Source: Candidatus Multivoradales bacterium (GTDB lineage: Bacteria > Acidobacteriota > Thermoanaerobaculia > Multivoradales > J023). Taken from it: a DNA stretch of 64,000 nt. This document shows positions 58,836-64,000 of this stretch, in pieces. Both the position numbers and the translations under genes were made by a program. Each line of letters opens with the position of its first letter. The stretch's first letter is position 1. The stretch is from the NCBI GenBank assembly GCA_965248925.1, contig CBDFLE010000006.1, positions 960,001 to 1,024,000 of the forward strand, written 5' to 3'. The notes beneath the pieces were generated by a model that worked only from the letters and a program-made list of their open reading frames with translations, had not been told where the DNA came from and did no database searches.

Positions 58836-59579
58836 TCAGATGTACATGCCGCCAGAGACATTGAGCACCTCACCGGTGATATAGCCGGCTTCGGGGCTGC
58901 TCAAGAAGGCCACAGCGGCGGCCACGTCCTCCACCTTACCAAGACGGCGCAGGACAATGCTCTTCTCTAACTGATCTCGCACTTTGTCGCCCAGCTCACT
59001 GGTCATCTCGGTCTCGACATATCCCGGCGCCACCACATTGACGGTGATGTTGCGGCCGCCAATCTCGCGGGCCAGCGACTTGGCGAAGCCAATCATACCG
59101 GCCTTCGAGGCGGCGTAGTTAGCCTGGCCAGCGTTGCCCATCAGACCGACCACCGAGGACACCATCACGATCCGCCCCCAGCGCTGGCGAATCATGCCAC
59201 GAATCAGCTGCCGGGTGACCGCATAAGCGCCGGTGAGATTGACCCGCAGGACCTCCTCCCACTGCTCGAGGCTCATCCGCGCTAGCAGCCCGTCACGGGT
59301 GATACCAGCATTGTTGACCAGAATCTGCACATCGCCGAGTTCTTTGACCAGCGGCTCGATCCGCTCAGCCACTAGCGCCGGCTGGCCGACATCGAGAGCC
59401 AGAGGGAAAGCCTCCCCTCCCTCCTCGGCGATCTCTTGCGCCAACGCTTCGAGCTTGTCGAGGCTGCGCGCCGCCACCACCACCCGCGCCCCCTGGCTGG
59501 CGAGGCGCGACGCTACTTGCCGCCCAATACCCTGCGAAGCGCCGGTAACCAGCGCCAGCTTGCCTTCGAGTTCAAACAT
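58836..59579 (-). CDS. fabG: 3-oxoacyl-ACP reductase
   Basis: TGASQGIG, NNAGITRD, YAASK. Confidence 0.97.
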   Translation of the reverse strand: MFELEGKLALVTGASQGIGRQVASRLASQGARVVVAARSLDKLEALAQEIAEEGGEAFPLALDVGQPALVAERIEPLVKELGDVQILVNNAGITRDGLLARMSLEQWEEVLRVNLTGAYAVTRQLIRGMIRQRWGRIVMVSSVVGLMGNAGQANYAASKAGMIGFAKSLAREIGGRNITVNVVAPGYVETEMTSELGDKVRDQLEKSIVLRRLGKVEDVAAAVAFLSSPEAGYITGEVLNVSGGMYI

Positions 59580-59625
59580 CTCTAGCTCCTTGTCTCGGAT
59601 CGAGTTTGCCTGGGCTCCAACCAGT

Positions 59626-60591
59626 TCAGGCTTCGGCCGCTATGCCGTTACTCTCGTCGATCAGCTTGTCGAGTGCCGCCGGCTTGGCCAAGCCAGACCA
59701 GCGCACTCCGCGGTCGATGCGCCTTCCGAGGCCAGTGAGAACAATCCCCGGTCCGACCTCGACAAAGCGCTCAACTCCGGCTTGGTCGATCAACCAGCGC
59801 ATCGAAGCCACCCAACGCACCGGTCCGTCGATCTGGCGCACCAGCGCTTGCCGCGCCGTGGCACCGTCGGTGACCGGCTGAGCGTCGATATTGACCACCA
59901 CCGGCAGTCGTGGCGCGGCGAAATCCGTCGCCTCGAGTAGGGGCTGTAGGCCAGCTCGCGCGGGCGCCATCAGGGGCGAGTGGAAGGGCGCCGACACCGG
60001 CAGCAACTTGGCCTTCTTGGCCCCCTGCTCGAGCGCCAACACCACTGCCCGCTCGACCGCGGCGCGCTGTCCCGCGACCACGGTCTGCCTGGGCGAGTTG
60101 TAATTGGCTACCCCGCAAACCTCGTCCTGGGCCGCTGTCGCGACGATCTCCTCGACCACTTCATCAGTCAATCCAATCAACGCCGCCATCGCTCCTTCGC
60201 CCACTGGCACCGCCTGCTGCATCAGCTCTCCACGGCGCCGCACTAGGCGCAGGGCAGCGGCAAAGTCGAGGCTACCAGCGGCGACCAAAGCGGAATACTC
60301 ACCGAGGCTGTGGCCGGCCACCGCCACCGGGGTCGGCCCACCGCGCTCTTGCAGCGCTCGTAGAATCGCCACCGAGCAGGCGAGGATCGCCGGCTGGGTG
60401 TTGGCGGTGAGCTGCAACTCTTCTTCCGGTCCCTCCCAGCATAGCCGGCTCAGGTCGAAACCCAGGGCTTTGTCGGCCTCAGCGAAGGTCTGGCGCGCCA
60501 CCGGATAGGCCTCGGCCCATTCGCCACCCATGCCGACCTTCTGCGACCCCTGGCCGGGAAAGAGGAAGACTGTCTTGACGTTTTCGCTCAT
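59626..60591 (-). CDS. fabD: Malonyl-CoA:ACP transacylase
   Basis: FPGQGSQ, GHSLGEY, VSAPFHS. Confidence 0.97.
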   Translation of the reverse strand: MSENVKTVFLFPGQGSQKVGMGGEWAEAYPVARQTFAEADKALGFDLSRLCWEGPEEELQLTANTQPAILACSVAILRALQERGGPTPVAVAGHSLGEYSALVAAGSLDFAAALRLVRRRGELMQQAVPVGEGAMAALIGLTDEVVEEIVATAAQDEVCGVANYNSPRQTVVAGQRAAVERAVVLALEQGAKKAKLLPVSAPFHSPLMAPARAGLQPLLEATDFAAPRLPVVVNIDAQPVTDGATARQALVRQIDGPVRWVASMRWLIDQAGVERFVEVGPGIVLTGLGRRIDRGVRWSGLAKPAALDKLIDESNGIAAEA

Positions 60592-60647
60592 CTATCGAAG
60601 GGTCCCCATGACGGTGAACGCTAGCTCCAAGCGCTCACCGCAGATCG

Positions 60648-61664
60648 CTAGGTACCAAGCAATCGTTCTTCTTGCATGTGTAGCTCGGCGACCTTGTCTT
60701 GGATTTCGTTGTGTAGATCCGCGGCGCAGAACTCCCGCGCCCGGCGAACCGCGTTCTTGATCGCTTTGGCTCTCGAGCGCCCATGGCCGATGAAGCAACC
60801 GCCGCGCACCCCGAGCAGGGGCGCGGCGCCATATTCACTCCAATCGATCCGCCGGCGGTAGCTGGCGAAGGCCGGCCGCACCAACCACGAGCCGAGCCGA
60901 GTACGCCAACTACCCCGTAGCTCCTCGCCGAGCAGCGACCCCAAGTAGGAGGCCAACGACTCCGAACTCTTCAACATCACGTTGCCGACAAAGCCATCGC
61001 AGACGATCACATCGACGGTGCCGCGGAAAACATCCCGCCCCTCGACGTTGCCGACGAAATTCAAACCAGTGGTCTTGAGCACTTTGAAAACCTGGCGGGT
61101 AATCTCGGTGCCCTTGCCCTCTTCTTCGCCGATCGACATCAGGCCGATCCGCGGCGCCGGCGTGCCGATGATCTCTTGGGCGTAGAAATGGCCCATCACG
61201 GCGTACTGGCGCAGGTGCCCTGCTTTGGCATTGATATTGGCGCCCACGTCGAGCACCACGGTGCGCCCGCGCTGGGTTGGGAAGACCCCGGCCAAGGCCG
61301 GTCGATCCACCCCGGGCACGGCGCCGATAACGGTCTTGGCGGCGATCACCGTGGCACCGGTATGACCGGCGGTGAACATCGCCTGCGCACGCCCTTCGCG
61401 AACCAGGCGAGCACAGACACGGATCGACGAATCGCGCTTCTTGCGCACCGCCACCGCCGGTTCCTCCATCGCCACGACCTGGGAAGCATGGACGACCTCG
61501 ATCCGTCCTTGAGCATCTGGCAAGCGCGCTAACTCGCGCTCAATCCGGCGCTGGTCGCCGACCAGCAGGATCGATGAACCGTCCTCCACCGCCGCTTCGA
61601 CGGCACCTTCCACGGCCGAGCGCGGCGCGAAGTCGCCGCCCATTGCATCGACGGCAATGTGCAT
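60648..61664 (-). CDS. plsX: Phosphate acyltransferase
   Basis: IAVDAMGGDFAP, LDVGAN, VCDGFVGNV. Confidence 0.97.
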   Translation of the reverse strand: MHIAVDAMGGDFAPRSAVEGAVEAAVEDGSSILLVGDQRRIERELARLPDAQGRIEVVHASQVVAMEEPAVAVRKKRDSSIRVCARLVREGRAQAMFTAGHTGATVIAAKTVIGAVPGVDRPALAGVFPTQRGRTVVLDVGANINAKAGHLRQYAVMGHFYAQEIIGTPAPRIGLMSIGEEEGKGTEITRQVFKVLKTTGLNFVGNVEGRDVFRGTVDVIVCDGFVGNVMLKSSESLASYLGSLLGEELRGSWRTRLGSWLVRPAFASYRRRIDWSEYGAAPLLGVRGGCFIGHGRSRAKAIKNAVRRAREFCAADLHNEIQDKVAELHMQEERLLGT

Positions 61665-61711
61665 GAATCAGGATCGTCCACGGGCCGGTGCGACAGGTCG
61701 CCCCACCATCT

Positions 61712-61897
61712 CTATAGAGACTCTTTGACCTCGATCACGTCGCGGTCGCGGTAGCTGCCACAATGCTGGCAAACTCGGTGCGATAGCTTCGTCTCGCCGC
61801 AGTTGGAGCAGCTGGAGGTCCCTGGACGACTCAAGCTGTCGTGGGTGCGCCGCTTGTCGCGGCGGGATTTGGAGTGTCTTCTTTTTGGATGCGCCAT
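61712..61897 (-). CDS. rpmF: 50S ribosomal protein L32
   Basis: [17 protein letters not shown], CxxC...CxxC. Confidence 0.97.
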   Translation of the reverse strand: MAHPKRRHSKSRRDKRRTHDSLSRPGTSSCSNCGETKLSHRVCQHCGSYRDRDVIEVKESL

Positions 61898-61963
61898 GAC
61901 TTCTACCTTTCACAGAAACCAATGCCGTGGACGGGTCAGGTCCATAGGCTGAGTACGTTGTTC

Positions 61964-62482
61964 TCAATCGCCGTCTCGCAGGGCTTCGAGGGCTGCCCAA
62001 CGGGGGTCGACTGACGGTCCGCAATCACAGGGGCCGCTGTTGAGATTGGCCCCGCAGTGGCTGCAAAGACCGGCACAATCCGGTCGACAGAGCGGCTTCA
62101 TCGGTAATTTGAGCTGCACCTGCTCCATCACCAAAGGCCGGCTATCGAGAGTCGGTTCGGCCAGCCGGATCAATCCAAGTTCGTCGGCTTCAAGTTCACG
62201 GTCAACCGAGGAATCATCCACCGAGTTGATCAATATCAGGTAGTCCGCAGCTACCTCGATCGGCCCCTCGATATCGCCAAGACAGCGGATACAGCCGGTG
62301 GTTTGGCGATAGGCCAAGCGAGTTCGCAGAACGTAACCATCACCCACTACTTCGATCCGACCGCTGCAAACGACCGGGTCAATCGCCCGCAGATCGGGGT
62401 GCTCGAACTCTTCGCGGGGAATCTTCAGCTCTTCCTGCCACTCGAAGGGACTGTCGCTCAGACGTTCAAGATGAATTTCCAT
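61964..62482 (-). CDS. YceD/DUF177 protein
   Basis: CIRCL, LPMKPLC...CAGLC..CG.NLN, DPRWAAL; upstream of rpmF. Confidence 0.92.
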   Translation of the reverse strand: MEIHLERLSDSPFEWQEELKIPREEFEHPDLRAIDPVVCSGRIEVVGDGYVLRTRLAYRQTTGCIRCLGDIEGPIEVAADYLILINSVDDSSVDRELEADELGLIRLAEPTLDSRPLVMEQVQLKLPMKPLCRPDCAGLCSHCGANLNSGPCDCGPSVDPRWAALEALRDGD

Positions 62483-62535
62483 GGAGCTTCCCTGCGAGAG
62501 CCGAGCGGGGAATCTACGCCAGGCGGTGGGCGAAG

Positions 62536-63804
62536 TCAATCATCAGCCGGCCGGGTCGAGCCCTCGGGATCGGCTGGCAGCAGCGCCAAGCGCGCCGTCG
62601 GCGGCGACGCCCGCACCTCGACCACAAAGGTGGAGAATCGCTGTCCCAGGGGCTCGAGCAGCAACCCGGCATCCTGCCAGCGAGCTGTAGCCCGCGGCGG
62701 CACCAGCGGATTCTGCCGCATCATACCAGCGATCCGCCGTACTTCATCGCCACCCCGCTCAATATCCAGCCACAGACCCCAGGTTAGCCCAGCGCGCTCG
62801 GTCAAAGGCGCCAGGGCGGCCGCCAGGCGACGACCGCCTGCGAGAGCGACCCGATCGATGGCGTCGATCTGCCAACCGGCAGCCTCACCGTGGTACGGTT
62901 GCCGGCCCCCGAACTCGAGAATGCTCTCTCCAGGCAACCGCCAGCGCTCTGCACCGGGTTCGTACAACACCGCGGCGCGCGGCAAATCTCGAGAATCCCC
63001 TGCCAGATCAAAGAGCAGCAAGGCTCCAACTGGCTCGTTCAGGTAGTTGTCGCGGCCGGCCAAAGTGACCAGAAAGACCTCGTCGCGGCCGAACTCACTC
63101 CCTTGCAAGCGGCTCGCCGGTGCCGCCGGCGCCACTGTCGCCAACTCGAAACCGGCCGCCACCGAACCGCGCAACATGTAGGAGCCCGGTGGCAACGGCG
63201 GTGCCGGCCGGCGCATCTCGACCCATGCCCAAGCTGCCGCGTCGATATCTGGCGCGGCTCCAGGCGCGGGAATTCCATCGCTGGTAACCCACCATTCCGA
63301 ACCCCGCCACTGCACCCACGCCACTCGGTCTTCGAGATGGACCTCGCCGCCGGCCAGCCACGGGTTAGCCGCCAAGCGGCCGCCAAGTTTGGCCAGCATC
63401 GCCATCAGCGGATAGATCCTGGCGACCAGCGCGAAACTCTCTCCGGACGGGTCTGAAACCACCGCCAAGTCGCGCGCCGGCGGCACCGCGAACGGGCCAA
63501 AAGTCGGCAGCGGCACCGCCGGTAGACCGGCCAAGCGCAGCATCGCTTCAAGGTAGCGCGGCTCGCGACTGGCGAGGTCACCGAGCACGCTGAGATTCTG
63601 GTGTGGAAAGGGCACCCACAGCGCGACTGGAAAGTCACTATTGGTGGTCAGCCGCACCGCCGCCGAGTCGATCTCCGGCATCGCCGGCCGAGAGCGCGGC
63701 AAATACCAATAGAACACGTGGCCGGCAGCGGCAAACACCCCTAGGAGCAGCGCCAACAACCACCAGCCCAAGCGGCGCCGTCGCCTTGTCTTGCCCGCTG
63801 TCAT
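62536..63804 (-). CDS. Hypothetical membrane-anchored protein
   Basis: 422-aa ORF with N-terminal TM segment; ATGA-coupled to the upstream gene. Confidence 0.7.
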   Translation of the reverse strand: MTAGKTRRRRRLGWWLLALLLGVFAAAGHVFYWYLPRSRPAMPEIDSAAVRLTTNSDFPVALWVPFPHQNLSVLGDLASREPRYLEAMLRLAGLPAVPLPTFGPFAVPPARDLAVVSDPSGESFALVARIYPLMAMLAKLGGRLAANPWLAGGEVHLEDRVAWVQWRGSEWWVTSDGIPAPGAAPDIDAAAWAWVEMRRPAPPLPPGSYMLRGSVAAGFELATVAPAAPASRLQGSEFGRDEVFLVTLAGRDNYLNEPVGALLLFDLAGDSRDLPRAAVLYEPGAERWRLPGESILEFGGRQPYHGEAAGWQIDAIDRVALAGGRRLAAALAPLTERAGLTWGLWLDIERGGDEVRRIAGMMRQNPLVPPRATARWQDAGLLLEPLGQRFSTFVVEVRASPPTARLALLPADPEGSTRPADD

Positions 63805-64000
63805 TTGGTTCCTGCAACCGGGTGCAAGCCCGGAGTGCGGCGCTCTGCGGCCTGGCGCCAGACCGCCAGAGTCGCCGCCGCGGTGTGACGCCAGTCGAAG
63901 CTCGCCGCCCGCTCGGCGCTGCGCTGGGCCAGGGCGCGGATCGCCTCGGGCTTGGCGAATAGGCCGCCGAGGATGTCCGCCCAGCCCTCGGCACTGCCCG
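63801..64000 (-). CDS. Glycosyltransferase family 4, C-terminal part (partial)
   Basis: Manual translation ...AERAASFDWRHTAAATLAVWRQ...* fits a GT4 C-terminal helix. Confidence 0.6.
   Translation of the reverse strand, partial: GSAEGWADILGGLFAKPEAIRALAQRSAERAASFDWRHTAAATLAVWRQAAERRTPGLHPVAGTK

Overview
GC-rich bacterial window; gene content (CRTAC1/ASPIC-UnbV and TPR expansions, TonB receptors, kinase-caspase) suggests Acidobacteriota, possibly Thermoanaerobaculia (inference only). Positions 1-~10 kb are the right arm of a prophage or integrative element: C5 DNA methyltransferase with an overlapping second frame, PolX-like protein, amidase, Cro/CI-like switch and tyrosine integrase. 10-26.5 kb holds a kinase-caspase, DUF3800, a TonB receptor/IclR/CoA-transferase catabolic cluster, an RRM protein with an apparent ATC start, and speA. 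26.8-33.9 kb is a decayed TIR-nSTAND-TonB-translocase island with deletion scars. 34-55.4 kb is the most interesting block: three CRTAC1-like proteins, two TPR lipoproteins, a gingipain-like C25 lipoprotein, two TMTC-like glycosyltransferases, small secreted proteins ending in PVELxxFxVD, and a lipoprotein carrying the rest of the Ig/FN3-like domain that normally follows that strand. This is a candidate split-domain surface-sorting system. The window ends with a K+ channel gene and the yceD-rpmF-plsX-fabD-fabG-acpP-fabF operon. No rRNA, tRNA or CRISPR array was recognised. All family calls are by eye from motifs; no database search was run.
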